Assembly: GCA_950097015.1 (NCBI GenBank)
Contig: CATNEN010000001.1
Span: 310,001-374,000 of the forward strand
Reading direction: 5' to 3'
Length of the DNA: 64,000 nt
DNA from: Macrostomum hystrix
Taxonomy: Eukaryota > Animalia > Platyhelminthes
The position numbers and the translations under genes are program-made. The notes under the pieces were generated by a model. It saw nothing but the letters and a program-made list of their open reading frames with translations, searched no databases and was not told where the DNA came from. Shown here piece after piece: positions 1-14,000 of this stretch. Positions within the stretch are counted from its first letter, which is position 1. The number at the start of each line of letters is the position of its first letter.

Positions 1-2157
1 CTTTAGTTTCTGTCAGTTTGGGATCTTTAGTTTCTGTCAGTTTGGGATCTTTAGTTTCTGTCAGTTTGGGATCTTTAGTTTCTGTCAGTTTGGGATCTTT
101 AGTTTCTGTCAGTTTAGGATCTTTAGTTTCTGTCAGTTTGGGATATTTAGTTCCTGTCAGTTTGGAATCTTTAGTTTCTGTCAGATTGGGATCTTAAGCT
201 TATGTCAGTTTAGGATCTTTAGTTTCTGTCAGTTTAGGATCTTTAGTTTCTGTCAGATTGGGATCTTAAGCTTATGTCAGTTTAGGATCTTTAGTTCTTG
301 TCAGTTTGGGATCTTTAGTTTCTGTCAGTTTGGGATCTTTAGTTCCTGTCAGTTTAGGATCTTTAGTTCCTGTCAGTTTGGGATCTTTAGTTCCTGTCAG
401 TTTAGGATCTTTAGTTTCTGTCAGTTTGGGATCTTTAGTTTCTGTCAGTTTGGGATCTTTAGTTTCTGTCAGATTGGGATCTTTAGTTTCTGTCAGTTTA
501 GGATCTTTAGTTTCTGTCAGTTTGGGATCTTTAGTTTCTGTCAGTTTAGGATCTTTAGTTTCTGTCATTTTGGGATCTTTAGTTTCTGTTAGTTTGGGAT
601 CTTTAGTTTCTGTCAGTTTGGGATCTTTAGTTTCTGTCAGTTTAGGATCTTTAGTTTCTGTCAGTTTAGGATCTTTAGTTCCTGTCAGTTTAGGATCTTT
701 TGTTTCTGTCAGATTGGGATCTTTAGTTTCTGTTAGTTTGGGATCTTTAGTTTCTGTCAGTTTGGGATCTTTAGTTTCTGTCAGTTTAGGATCTTTAGTT
801 CCTGTCATTTTGGGATCTTTAGTTTCTGTTAGTTTGGGATCTTTAGTTTCTGTCAGTTTGGGATCTTTAGTTTCTGTCAGTTTAGGATCTTTAGTTCCTG
901 TCATTTTGGGATCTTTAGTTTCTGTCAGTTTGGGATCTTTTGTTTCTGTCAGTTTAGGATCTTTAGTTTCTGTCAGTTTGGGATATTTAGTTCCTGTCAG
1001 TTTGGAATCTTTAATTTCTGTCAGATTGGGATCTTAAGCTTATGTCAGTTTAGGATCTTTAGTTTCTGTCAGTTTAGGATCTTTAGTTTCTGTCAGATTG
1101 GGATCTTAAGCTTATGTCAGTTTAGGATCTTTAGTTTCTGTCAGTTTAGGATCTTTAGTTCCTGTCAGTTTAGGATATTTAGTTCCTGTCAGTTTAGGAT
1201 CTTTAGTTTCTGTCAGTTTAGGATCTTTAGTTCCTGTCAGTTTGGGATCTTTAGTTCCTGTCAGTTTGGGATCTTTAGTTTCTGTCAGTTTGGGATCTTT
1301 TGTTTCTGTCAGATTAGGATCTTTAGTTTCTGTCAGATTGGGATCTTAAGCTTATGTCAGTTTAGGATCTTTAGTTTCTGTCAGTTTAGGATCTTTAGTT
1401 CCTGTCAGTTTAGGATATTTAGTTCCTGTCAGTTTAGGATCTTTAGTTTCTGTCAGTTTAGGATCTTTAGTTCCTGTCAGTTTTTGGATCTTTAGTTCCT
1501 GTCAGTTTGGGATCTTTAGTTTCTGTCAGTTTGGGATCTTTAGTTTCTGTCAGTTTGGGATCTTTAGTTTCTGTCAGTTTGGGATCTTTAGTTTCTGTCA
1601 GTTTGGGATCTTTAGTTTCTGTCAGTTTGGGATCTTTAGTTTCTGTCAGTTTAGGATCTTTAGTTTCTGTCAGTTTGGGATATTTAGTTCCTGTCAGTTT
1701 GGAATCTTTAGTTTCTGTCAGATTGGGATCTTAAGCTTATGTCAGTTTAGGATCTTTAGTTTCTGTCAGTTTAGGATCTTTAGTTTCTGTCAGATTGGGA
1801 TCTTAAGCTTATGTCAGTTTAGGATCTTTAGTTCTTGTCAGTTTGGGATCTTTAGTTTCTGTCAGTTTGGGATCTTTAGTTCCTGTCAGTTTAGGATCTT
1901 TAGTTCCTGTCAGTTTGGGATCTTTAGTTCCTGTCAGTTTAGGATCTTTAGTTTCTGTCAGTTTGGGATCTTTAGTTTCTGTCAGTTTGGGATCTTTAGT
2001 TTCTGTCAGATTGGGATCTTTAGTTTCTGTCAGTTTAGGATCTTTAGTTTCTGTCAGTTTGGGATCTTTAGTTTCTGTCAGTTTAGGATCTTTAGTTTCT
2101 GTCAGTTTGGGATCTTTAGTTTCTGTCAGTTTAGGATCTTTAGTTCCTGTCAGGATC
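1..2157. repeat. Minisatellite, 24-bp unit (GGATCTTTAGTTTCTGTCAGTTTG), runs off the left edge
   Basis: Direct tandem periodicity; recurrent variant units (e.g. GGATCTTAAGCTTATGTCAG) mark internal block duplications. Confidence 0.97.
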
Positions 2158-3584
2158 TAACTTTATTTTAGGTGGTATCTGAAGGCATAGCAGTCATGAA
2201 AATGGAGTCAGCTATTAGTCAAAGTAGCAAGAACAAAGCTTATCAAAGCAGTTACTATCCTGTTTTTTAAATCCCATTTACCCGTACCTCGGCGGTAGGT
2301 ACGGGAGAGACAAAAAAAGCGACAGTCAGAGTTAAATGAGCAAACATGGAACACTTTGGCCCGCCCGCCGTTTAAAAAAAACCTGCTGCGATGGTAAATC
2401 TGGCTGGGATATTTTAGTATTCCGAGTCGTTTTCGCATAGGTTTCAAGTAAGGTGCTTCTATATGGGGGAGAAAGTATTACATTGTCGGGTAGATTCTCA
2501 TGGATTCTATTTTTTTTAAATGGGGTTAGAAGACAAAGACAACAGATGACAGAGAATTAATGGGATCGCGAAGGAGGTTCTGGGAACAAACACAGCCTGG
2601 ATACCTAAACCCCTACCTTATCCCTAAAATGCAAGCATTCCATTCCATGCTTTGAGCACACAAATAACATTACTTTCTGTGCTCAACTGTCTTCTCCCAT
2701 TCTTGCAATTTTTTTTCTCCAACATCTTCTATCGGCCCGTGTGCCAACCATTATATTATATCCCTGCCTATACCTGCTGAGTAGACGGGCATTTTAAACA
2801 TACTGAAAAAAAACATATTAGCTTAAGAGGGCATGAATGAGTTCACTCAAGCATCCGACACAAAGGAGAGAAGCATCGACTAATATACTGTTGATATGCT
2901 AATCCAATACAACATTTTCTAGGCTAAAATGGAATTTATTTATTGAGTCCGCGTTAATGATGCAGATCGATATTTAGATAAAACTTTTCCAATAAAACAC
3001 TCAATATCTCATACATTGAGTTTAAATTCTCTTTGTCTATCAATGGTTTAATAATGACTTTTTGCTTAGAAAAGTAGAGAAATTTCCTTGTGTTTATTGA
3101 TTGAAGGTCGGAGGTTCGATTCCAATCACACTATAATTAGTAGATGTCATTTTAGCGAGGCAATTTTCGCTGGTGTAATTAAGGGTGGGTGAGGCGTCCC
3201 AACAGTCCATGGACTGATTCTGTCATATTTCGTTGTTTAATTTTCTTTTGCAAAATAAATTTGTTATAACTGATTAATCAAGCAAAAATGACGTCATCGA
3301 ATCGATTGGATTGATTTTTTTGTAGATTTCCTACTCAAGCATTTACTCAAAGCCACACAGATTTTTGTTGAATATATTCAAGTATATGCTTTTATCTAGA
3401 TTTTTTCAGTTAAATTTCTAAGCTCTACTTGAAAGCAAGATTTGTGAAAGCGGCTTTTAAAGCCAGGGTGAAGAGAGTTACTTAAAGGTAGCGGTAACTC
3501 GAAACCAACTCTTAACTTTCGATTGTAAAGCTTTTAAGTAATTTGCCGTTCAGCTTAATCTCATATACATGTGCATATAGGCGT

Positions 3585-3655
3585 CAGGCAGACAGGCAGA
3601 CAGACAGACAGGCAGGCAGGCAGCCAGACAGACAGACAGGCAGGCAGGCAGACAG
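3585..3655. repeat. (CAGG/CAGA)n microsatellite
   Basis: caggcagacaggcagacagacagacaggcaggcagg... Confidence 0.85.
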
Positions 3656-4370
3656 TATACTTGTTCTAATGAAACATCAGCCTCACTAGGTCTAGAAAAG
3701 CAGATTATCATTATTAACTAGGAAAAGAAACTAGAAAAAATGAATTTCAGATAAATGCCATTTTATGTGATCAAAAAGTAACAGTAATTACTACGTTGGA
3801 GCCTGATAACCTGCGTTAATTAATAAGTAACGATATTCTCCCAGTCATTAAATCGTTAATCGTTAAAAATCGTTTGACGAAAAAAAGCTAGATAAATTCA
3901 TGCTTATAAATTCGAAGTTAACGTTAAAATTATTCCAAAGACTCAAAAAATGCGGTTCCATAGAAAAATTTACTTTGTGTCCACAAACTGAACAATTTTA
4001 TTTAGTTTTTACACAACAAAATTATATAACTGCTCAAAGATTCTTAATTGATAATCTGTTTGCATAATCTCTGATTGTTCCTTTTGATCAGCAATTCTAA
4101 TCGGAAAGAATTAATTAGTCAGCACCAGCTGTGCCCTAAGGCTTGCTAAGTGGGTAGAAAAAATTTACGACAATAAATCTTTCACTGCACAGGGAAGGCC
4201 AATTAGAAGATCACGTATAATAGTATTTTTTCTGCAGTTGGGCTAAAAAAGGATTTCGAGGATATTTTGCCTAATACCTTCGTCCAGCCCACGCTGTGGC
4301 CCCTCACGTCAGCGCTGCTAAAGAGCTGGTGCACAAGCTAATAGAATATTCACAACAGAACAAAGCAGAA

Positions 4371-4393
4371 ATGCTTTCGCTGCTCATGTCTGG
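4371..4393 (+). CDS. Putative first coding micro-exon of the protocadherin (MLSLLMSG)
   Basis: ATG CTT TCG CTG CTC ATG TCT GG|GTGAGC is a phase-2 donor that matches the phase-2 acceptor ctccag|C at 7997, in frame with the 8016 ORF. It could be coincidence, since ATG 8016 alone also gives a signal-peptide-like N-terminus. Confidence 0.4.
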
Positions 4394-4619
4394 GTGAGCA
4401 TGCAAAAGCATTCAACAATTTGGAGGCGGCGGCAAGGGACAGGGGAGCTACTGGGATGGGATTAGGGAAGCGGAGAGATCAGACAGATTGGCGCCACTAG
4501 TCTTTGCTCTCAACTGGAGCTGCATGAGGTCGGCAAAAGCCGACCCGCGGGATACGGCCCCCCAATGCTCCTGAATCCTGTCCCTTGGCACATTACAATC
4601 GCTCTTCCCAAGTATCGTC

Positions 4620-6970
4620 ATCTCCCCGTGTCTCATCTCTCCCCTTTTTGTTTCTTCCGTGTCTCATCTCTCCCGTGTCTCTCATATCTCCCGTGTCTCA
4701 TCTCTCCCGTGTCTCTCATCTCTCCCTTGTCTCATCTCTCCCCTTTTTGTTTCTCCCGTGTCTCATCTCTCCCCTTTTTGTTTCTTCCGTGTCTCATCTC
4801 TCCCGTGTCTCTCATATCTCCCGTGTCTCATCTCTCCCGTGTCTCTCATATCTCCCGTGTCTCATCTCTCCCGTGTCTCTCATCTCTCCCGTGTCTCATC
4901 TCTCCCGTGTCTCATCTCTCCCGTGTCTCATCTCTCCCGTGTCTCATCTCTCCATTGTCTCATCTCTCCCATGTCTCTCATCTCTTCCGTGTCTCTCATC
5001 TCTCCCGTGTCTCATCTCTCCCGTGTCTCATCTCTCCATTGTCTCATCTCTCCATTGTCTCATCTCTCCCGTGTCTCATCTCTCCATTGTCTCATCTCTC
5101 CCATGTCTCTCATCTCTTCCGTGTCTCTCATCTCTCCCGTGTCTCATCTCTCCCGTGTCTCATCTCTCCATTGTCTCATCTCTCCATTGTCTCATCTCTC
5201 CCGTGTCTCATCTCTACCGTGTCTCATCTCTCCAGTGTCTCATCTCTCCCGTGTCTCATCTCTCCCGTGTCTCATCTCTCCCGTGTCTCATCTCTCCCGT
5301 GTCTCATCTCTCCCGTGTCTCATCTCTCCATTGTCTCATCTCTCCATTGTCTCATCTCTCCCGTGTCTCATCTCTACCGTGTCTCATCTCTCCAGTGTCT
5401 CATCTCTCCCGTGTCTCATCTCTCCCGTGTCTCATCTCTCCCGTGTCTCATCTCTCCCGTGTCTCATCTCTCCCGTGTCTCATCTCTCCCGTGTCTCATC
5501 TCTCCCGTGTCTCATCTCTCCCGTGTCTCATCTCTCCCGTGTCTCATCTCTCCCGTGTCTCATCTCTCCCGTGTCTCATCTCTCCCGTGTCTCATCTCTC
5601 CCGTGTCTCATCTCTCCCCTTTTTGTTTCTTCCGTGTCTCATCTCTCCCGTGTCTCTCATATCTCCCGTGTCTCATCTCTCCCGTGTCTCTCATCTCTCC
5701 CTTGTCTCATCTCTCCCCTTTTTGTTTCTCCCGTGTCTCATCTCTCCCCTTTTTGTTTCTTCCGTGTCTCATCTCTCCCGTGTCTCTCATCTCTCCCGTG
5801 TCTCATCTCTCCCGTGTCTCATCTCTCCCGTGTCTCTCATCTCTCCCGTGTCTCATCTCTCCCGTGTCTCATCTCTCCCGTGTCTCATCTCTCCCGTGTC
5901 TCATCTCTCCCGTGTCTCATCTCTCCCGTGTCCCATCTCTCCCGTGTCTCATCTCTCCCGTGTCTCATCTCTCCCGTGTCTCATCTCTCCCGTGTCTCAT
6001 CTCTCCCGTGTCTCATCTCTCCCGTGTCTCTCATCTCTCCCGTGTCTCATCTCTCCCGTGTCTCATCTCTCCCGTGTCTCATCTCTCCCGTGTCTCATCT
6101 CTCCCGTGTCTCATCTCTCCCGTGTCTCATCTCTACCGTGTCTCATCTCTCCCGTGTCTCATCTCTACCGTGTCTCATCTCTCCAGTGTCTCATCTCTCC
6201 CGTGTCTCATCTCTCCCGTGTCTCATCTCTCCCGTGTCTCATCTCTCCCGTGTCTCATCTCTCCCATGTCTCATCTCTCCCGTGTCTCATCTCTCCCGTG
6301 TCTCATCTCTCCCTTGTCTCATCTCTCCCGTGTCTCATCTCTCCCGTGTCTCATCTCTCCCGTGTCTCATCTCTCCCGTGTCTCATCTCTCCCGTGTCTC
6401 ATCTCTCCCGTGTCTCATCTCTCCCGTGTCTCATCTCTCCCGTGTCTCATCTCTCCCGTGTCTCATCTCTCCCGTGTCTCATCTCTCCCGTGTCTCATCT
6501 CTCCCGTGTCTCATCTCTCCCGTGTCCCATCTCTCCCGTGTCTCATCTCTCCCGTGTCTCATCTCTCCCGTGTCTCATCTCTCCCGTGTCTCATCTCTCC
6601 CGTGTCTCATCTCTCCCGTGTCTCATCTCTCCCGTGTCTCATCTCTCCCGTGTCTCAGCTCTCCCGTGTCTCATCTCTCCCGTGTCTCATCTCTCCCGTG
6701 TCTCTCATCTCTCCCGTGTCTCATCTCTCCCGTGTCTCATCTCTCCCGTGTCTCATCTCTCCCGTGTCTCATCTCTCCCGTGTCTCATCTCTCCCGTGTC
6801 TCATCTCTCCCGTGTCTCATCTCTCCCGTGTCTCATCTCTCCCGTGTCCCATCTCTCCCGTGTCTCATCTCTCCCGTGTCTCATCTCTCCCGTGTCTCAT
6901 CTCTCCCGTGTCTCATCTCTCCCGTGTCTCATCTCTCCCGTGTCTCATCTCTCCCGTGTCCCGTGTCTCT
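4620..6970. repeat. Minisatellite, 16-bp unit (GTGTCTCATCTCTCCC)
   Basis: Tandem periodicity; the 16-aa repeat in all three + frames equals 3 units. Confidence 0.97.
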
Positions 6971-7502
6971 CAAAAACGGACTCTTTGTCAAACCCAACTA
7001 TACAAGATAAGGATGACCAAACGATGCTTGCCTGCGTGTTGCATTGTAAAATAAAAATAAATAGACCAGTATTGCTTTTCTATCAATTTTTCTTCAACTA
7101 TTTTGTAGTCATTTCTCTCTAGTTAAGCAGGGTCCCCATATATGATGCGGGCAAAGTGTGTGTAAGCATCCCACTCGGCACTGAACAATGCATTAAACTC
7201 ATGCCAGCATGTTTCGCCTGCTGCTGAATGTCAAGTCAATTCAGAATTCACTACACGTGAGCTTTGTCAATGTAAAACATTGCTACACTAAGCCAACCAA
7301 GCTGCGGGTCATTGGCTATGCGTTTAGGTTTCACTTCAATAATTATTTTATTTCCGAATGAACAGGTGTGGCTGATGTTTAAGAGTTGAAAAAAAATGGG
7401 AGAATAGTTGAGTCACCCAAAATGAGTCAATGTGGGCAGCTACGGATAACCCCATTTTGAGATTCAACATTGCCACTCCCACCTTCACTCTCAAATAGCT
7501 TT

Positions 7503-7937
7503 GTGTCACCCTGATTGTCACTCCGATAGTCACTCTGAGCTACTCTTATCTGATTGGTCACTCCGACTGTCACTCTCACCCACTCTTATCGGATTTGTCA
7601 CTCCAACTGTCACTCTCAGCAACTCTTATCTGATTGGTCACTCCGACTGTCACTCTCAGCAACTCTTATCTGATTGGTCACTTCGATAGTCACTCTCAGC
7701 AACTCTTATCTGATTGGTCACTTCGATAGTCACTCTCAGCAACTCTTATCTGATTGGTCACTCCGACTGTCACTCTCAGCAACTCTTATCTGATTTGTCA
7801 CTCCGATAGTCACTCTCAGCAACTCTTATCTGATTGGTCACTTCGATAGTCACTCTCAGCAACTCTTATCTGATTGGTCACTCCGACTGTCACTCTCAGC
7901 AACTCTTATCTGATTTGTCACTCCGACTGTCACTCTG
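7503..7937. repeat. Minisatellite, 40-bp unit (CACTCTCAGCAACTCTTATCTGATTGGTCACTCCGACTGT)
   Basis: About 10 tandem copies. Confidence 0.95.
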
Positions 7938-8015
7938 AAAAATCTGTAGTGTTTTTACACTCGATTTTCACTCGATTTTCACTCCATTCACTCCAGCCAA
8001 ACGCCAATCGCCAGA

Positions 8016-11000
8016 ATGTGGTCAAGCATACTCAGCGCATTGATGGCAGCCATGTTGCCGAATCTATTTAGTGTGGCATCTGCCGCTGTGGTCTCAGCAA
8101 TCGACAGCGTCATCGAGTTGGACGACAACACGCCGTCTGGCGCGGTCCTAGACAATCTGGCGCGTCGCCTGCATCTTATCTCCGTCAACCGGGCCGCGTG
8201 GTCCAGCCTGAAGATCATGAACCCGCCCAACGGTCCGGAATCTCCCATTGTTGACGGCCTGGCAATCAATTCCAGCAGCGGGGAACTGTACGCCATTCGA
8301 AATCTGGACCGTGACGACCTCTGCCGGCTAGCCGACTCTCCTAGCTACGGCCAGAGACGTCAAAGACGTCAGCGACATCTTTGCTGTGATTCAGAAGAGC
8401 CGTGCGAGCTCAACTTGGCCATCTCTCGACCGGACGCAGAAAATTTGGCTTCAAAATCGATCGTCAATCTTCACCTAAGACTGCGAGATGTCAACGACAA
8501 CGCGCCATCGTTCCAGACACAATCGGCGACTTTGCACGTCGCCGAAGGTGAACCATCGGGTACCAGACTGTCTCTGACTGGCGTCGGTTCGACTCTAACC
8601 GCGTCGGACCCGGATCAGGGATTGAATCGACGAATCGACTATCGATTAGTGCCAGCCGTGACGGGATCTGATCTACCGTTCCGATTGGAGAGAGACAGCG
8701 ACGGCGGCTTCAAGAGAATGTCGCTGCTGACGACTAGGGCATTGGACCGGGAGGACAAGGACAGGTGAGGGAGGAGGACTGATGCTTTTGTTCAGGGGCG
8801 GATTTTAAATAGATAGGGGCGGATTTCTAAAATATAGGGGTGTATGTCTATGCCTAAAAGATAGGGGCGGATTTCTAAAAGATATGGGCGGATTTCTAAA
8901 AGATAGGGGTGAATTTTTCAAAGATAGGGGCGGATTTCTTAAAGATAGGGGCGGATTTCTAAAAGAAAGGGGCGGATTTCTAAAAGATAGGGGCGGATTT
9001 CTAAAAGATAGGGGCGGATTTCATAAAGATAGGGGCAGATTTCTAAAAGATAGGGGCGGATTTCTAGAAGATAGGGGCGGATTTCTAGAAGATAGGGGCG
9101 GATTTCTAGAAGATAGGGGCGGATTTCTAAAAGAAAGGGGCGGATTTTAAATAGATAGGGGCGGATTTCTAAAAGATAGGGGCGGATTTCTAAAAGATAG
9201 GGGCGGATTTCTAAAAGAATGGGGCGGATTTCATAAAGATAGGGGCGGATTTCTAAAAGATAGCGGCGGATTTCTAAAAGATAGGGGTGAATTTCTCAAA
9301 GATAGGGGCGGATTTCTAAAAGAATGGGGCGGATTTCATAAAGATAGGGGCGGATTTCTAAAATATAGGGGTGTATGTCTATGCCTAAAAGATAGGGGCG
9401 GATTTCTAAAAGATAGGGGCGGATTTCTAAAAAAATGGGGCGGATTTCATAAAGATAGGGGCGGATTTCTAAAATATAGGGGTGTATGTCTATGCCTAAA
9501 AGATAGGGGCGGATTTCTAAAAGATAGGGGCGGATTTCTAAAAGATAGGGGTGAATTTTTCAAAGATAGGGGCGGATTTCTAAAAGATAGGGGCGGATTT
9601 CTAAAAAAATGGGGCGGATTTCATAAAGATAGGGGCGGATTTCTAAAATATAGGGGCGGATTTCTAAAAGATAGGGGTGAATTTTTCAAAGATAGGGGCG
9701 GATTTCTAAAAGATAGGGGCGGATTTCTAAAAGAATGGGGCGGATTTCATAAAGATAGGGGCGGATTTCTAAAAGATAGCGGCGGATTTCTAAAAGATAG
9801 GGGTGAATTTCTCAAAGATAGGGGCGGATTTCTAAAAGAATGGGGCGGATTTCATAAAGATAGGGGCGGATTTCTAAAATATAGGGGTGTATGTCTATGC
9901 CTAAAAGATAGGGGCGGATTTCTAAAAGATAGGGGCGGATTTCTAAAAGATAGGGGTGAATTTTTCAAAGATAGGGGCGGATTTCTAAAAGATAGGGGCG
10001 GATTTCTAAAAAAATGGGGCGGATTTCATAAAGATAGGGGCGGATTTCTAAAATATAGGGGCGGATTTCTAAAAGATAGGGGTGAATTTTTCAAAGATAG
10101 GGGCGGATTTCTAAAAGATAGGGGCGGATTTCTAAAAGAATGGGGCGGATTTCATAAAGATAGGGGCGGATTTCTAAAAGATAGCGGCGGATTTCTAAAA
10201 GATAGGGGTGAATTTCTCAAAGATAGGGGCGGATTTCTAAAAGAATGGGGCGGATTTCATAAAGATAGGGGCGGATTTCTAAAAGATAGGGGCGGATTTC
10301 TAAAAGATAGCGGCGGATTTCTAAAAGATAGGGGCGGATTTCTAAAAGAAAGGGGCGGATTTCATAAAGATAGGAGCGGATTTCTAAAAGAAAGGGGCGG
10401 ATTTCTAGAAGATAGGGGCGGATTTAAAAAATAAGGTTAGATTTAAAAAAATAGGGGCAGGTTTCGAAGCCAATAGTGCTAGGGATTATTGAAGAATTTT
10501 TTGACATGATTTTTAAAACTAAATGACAGCGGATTTTAAGATTTATAAGGCATCAAGACCGCTGTTAAAAATCAGGTACACAATGCACCTGCTGGCAATG
10601 GACTCTGGACAGCCACAGCTGACTGGCACTCTCTCTCTGACTGTCCTCATCAACGATGTCAATGACGAGAGACCAGAATTCGATCAGAGGACCTACCGAG
10701 CCAAACTTGCCGAGGACGCGCCCATCGGCAGCGAGGTTGTGTCGGTTCTGGCCATAGACAGGGACGCGGGGCAGAACGGAGCGGTGGATTACACTCTAGC
10801 CGGTGGTTCCCACTCCGCCCTGTTTCATGTCACCCGCAATGCGGAAGGTCGAGGAGTTGTCTCGCTACTGAGGCACCTTGATGCGGAGTCGGTGAAACTG
10901 GACTCGGTCACTGGCGAAGCTATCATGGAGCTCATTCTAGTAGCCAGGGACAGGGGCAGTCCGTCGAAGAGCTCGGAGGCTCAACTATTTGTCACCGTTA

Positions 11001-14000
11001 TTGACGTCAATGATGAAAAGCCTGAGGTTTGTAGTTCAACGATTGCTAATAATTGGTCTGCTCTGTCCATGGACTGGGGGGCACCACGCCCACCCTCAAT
11101 CAACTGAAGCAATGCAGAGTTAAGTGCCTTGCTGAAGGACACAAATTATTTGAGTGTAGTTGGGAATCGAACCCCTGACCTTAAAGTCGTGAGTTCACTA
11201 TATGTTCCGGTGAAGTCGGGAATTGAACCTCGGATCTTCAATTCTTGAGCTTACAAATGTTTCCTGTGAAGTCGGTGAGTTCAGAAATTACACCGGTGTA
11301 GTCGGGAATCGAACCCCCAACCTTCAAGTCGCGAGTCCGACGCTCTAACCACTAGTCTAGAACCCATGTAGCCTATATATACTTGTTTTCTAATAAATAT
11401 TTATAACTAAAAGAAGCCTGTAGACTTCTAGACTTCGAAGTTTGGACTTCAGTCCACGGACTTTACAACTGTACATAGCCTTTATCAGTTAATCTGGCCA
11501 AAATAGTCTTTGTGTTTTCCTAAATCTCTAAATATGAGTAATAAAAATAATTGCAGGAGGGATGCGGGCAATGGCACATCATTTGGTGACACTAGACCCG
11601 CAGCCAGCTGGGAGGCAATTCTGCCCCATTTCGCTGACTCCTGAGCACACACGCACACAGATACTGTACACAGACCCACGCTCACACAGGTGTGTACATC
11701 TGCCCTGACTTTCTCATCGTCAGGCAGTGTACACTCTAACTGTGCCTTGGAGGTTGGCCCTCAAGGACGTAAATTTCACGACAAGTCCCCAAGCCTTCTC
11801 TCCGTGGCTGCGCCCCAATTTAATGCGGCCTCGCCGCGCAATCGAGCTCAGGGACCCCCTCCCGTTTCTCTTACTCAAACAGAAAATTCACTATCCATAA
11901 CATGTTCCCGTATCCGCAGGTAACAGTCGTGTACATGAGCAGTGACCCTCAGCGTCAAGGTCGCGGCCTCATCTTGGAGAACTCGCCGCCAGTTGACGTC
12001 GCCCGGGTTCATTGTCGCGACGGCGATTCCGGAGCTGGCGGCGAAGTCGACTGTCAGCTGCGCGAGATCGCCGGCAGCTCGGAGGATTCCATATCAGCTG
12101 GAGGTTTCATCCTGCAGTCCAGTTTATCGGCCAATAATCGGGAACGCGTCTTCAATCTGCGATCGACGCGGCCTCTCGATCGCGAGCAACGCTCCGTCGT
12201 CGAGCTAGCCGTGGTCTGCGCCGACCGAGGCCGCCCGACCTCTCTAACTGGCAGCGCCGCTATTCGCCTTCGAGTCATCGATCAGAACGACAATGCTCCG
12301 AGATTTCTGGTGCCATCTGGCGGCGCTTTTCGATTTCGTCTGCCTGAGAATGAGCCGCAGCCGACGGACAACGGTCAACAACACCGGCGCTCTCTGGGAC
12401 ATGTCAGGGCCAAGGACGCCGATTCGGAGTCCGCAGACAAGCTGGTCTACTCTCTGGTGCCGGGAGCTCCGACATCAGTGGGCGAAGGGGCCTTCCAGAT
12501 CGACTCCAGCACGGGAGAGTTGTTCGCCGTGAGACCGTTCGATCGAGAGGATTCGAGACTGCTGCTGACCTCGCAAATTGGGCGCGTGGAAGCCCAGGTC
12601 TGTGTGGGATAGACGGATGGGCGTGTGGGGATAGACAGATGGGAGTGTGGGATAGAGAAAGTAGTACGGTAAATTACCGTGGCAACAAAACAATCATATC
12701 AAACAACTCCCCAACTATCAGGTGACTCTACAGGTGTTTGTTCGCGACTCGAATCCGGCCCACAATGACACAGCCAATGTGGTTGTGACCATAGAAGACA
12801 GGAATGACAATGCTCCGCGATTCGACCGATCTGAGTACACATTTCGCGTGGCGGAAAATGCCAAAGATTATCGACAGGTTGGCACCGTGACGGCCACTGA
12901 CGCTGACGAATCAGATGCCGGACAAATCGAGTATCGCATCGATAAGGAGGCCGAACACGAGGTGCGAAGACATTTCGGATTGGACCAGAACACCGGGATC
13001 CTGAGCCTGCGCGACAGTCTGGACAGGGAGGCCAGGGGATCCTACGTGTTCCGGGTCCTGGCTATTGACGGAAAGAATTCTGTTGGACAATTGTCTGGTA
13101 ACCGCGGCGCCGCTTTGCCTAGCAACAGTATCAGAAACACCGGCACGGCGACTGTAACAGTGGAGGTCACGGATGTCAACGACTGCGAGCCGAGGATTCT
13201 GCAGGTGCGGCTTCTGGTTGGACAGAGACAGGAATGGGTTGTAGCATGTAGACTTGAAGGTCGGGGGTTCGATTCCGGTTTCGGTAAAATTAATTCGTGT
13301 CTTTCCAGAACTAGCCAAAACATTGAGCACGATATATTAAACCATACATTGACCCAGCGATTGAACCACCCATTGACCCAGACATTGTCCCATTAACATC
13401 GCCGCCTTTATCTCGCAGCCAACCGAAGGTCAGGTGCTGGAACTCGCTGTCGGCACGACCGCAGGACACCCGCTAATAGAAGCCAGAGCCATAGACAATG
13501 ATCTAAATGAGAATGGCACCATCTCCTATTCGCTAGTTGATTGCGCTGGTTGCGGCCTGGACATCGACAAGACCAGTGGCACCCTGTTCGCCACGAAGGC
13601 CGTTGCCAGGCGACCGCAGGGCCAATCGGAGCAGTTCTCGCTGACCATCGAGGCAAGCGACCTCGGCAGTCCCAAGCTCAGAGCCACAGTTCGGGTCTGG
13701 ATTCGCATTGTCGACTCGACTAACGTGGCCCTGCCTCAGGATATTAGCCGTGGCGACAGTGTCGAAGACGGGCACGGCGGCAACGGCGGCATGTCGGCCA
13801 GTCAGCGAATGCGGGCAGTCATTGTCATTGGCCTCATCGCCTTCTTCTTTCTGCTACTCGTCCTGGCAGCCGCGGCCGCACTAGTCCTGCTACGACCGTG
13901 TCGACAGCGTCAAAGTCGACGACAAACAGCTCTACCGGCGTCGAATCGCCAGGTTGACAAAATTGGCGACCTGCCAGACGACGAGAACGACGAGGAGGCT

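Noticed and set aside
272-2160. (TETKDPKL)n mucin-like ORFs
   Set aside because: 24-bp tandem repeat broken by stop-containing variants and a frameshift near 1485.
4565-7122. Three overlapping ~800-aa ORFs
   Set aside because: All three frames are open only because the 16-bp C/T-rich unit contains no stop; it is probably intronic or upstream repeat DNA.
11290-11360. Possible tRNA gene
   Set aside because: A and B boxes are present, but there is no convincing acceptor stem and the sequence continues into a SINE body.
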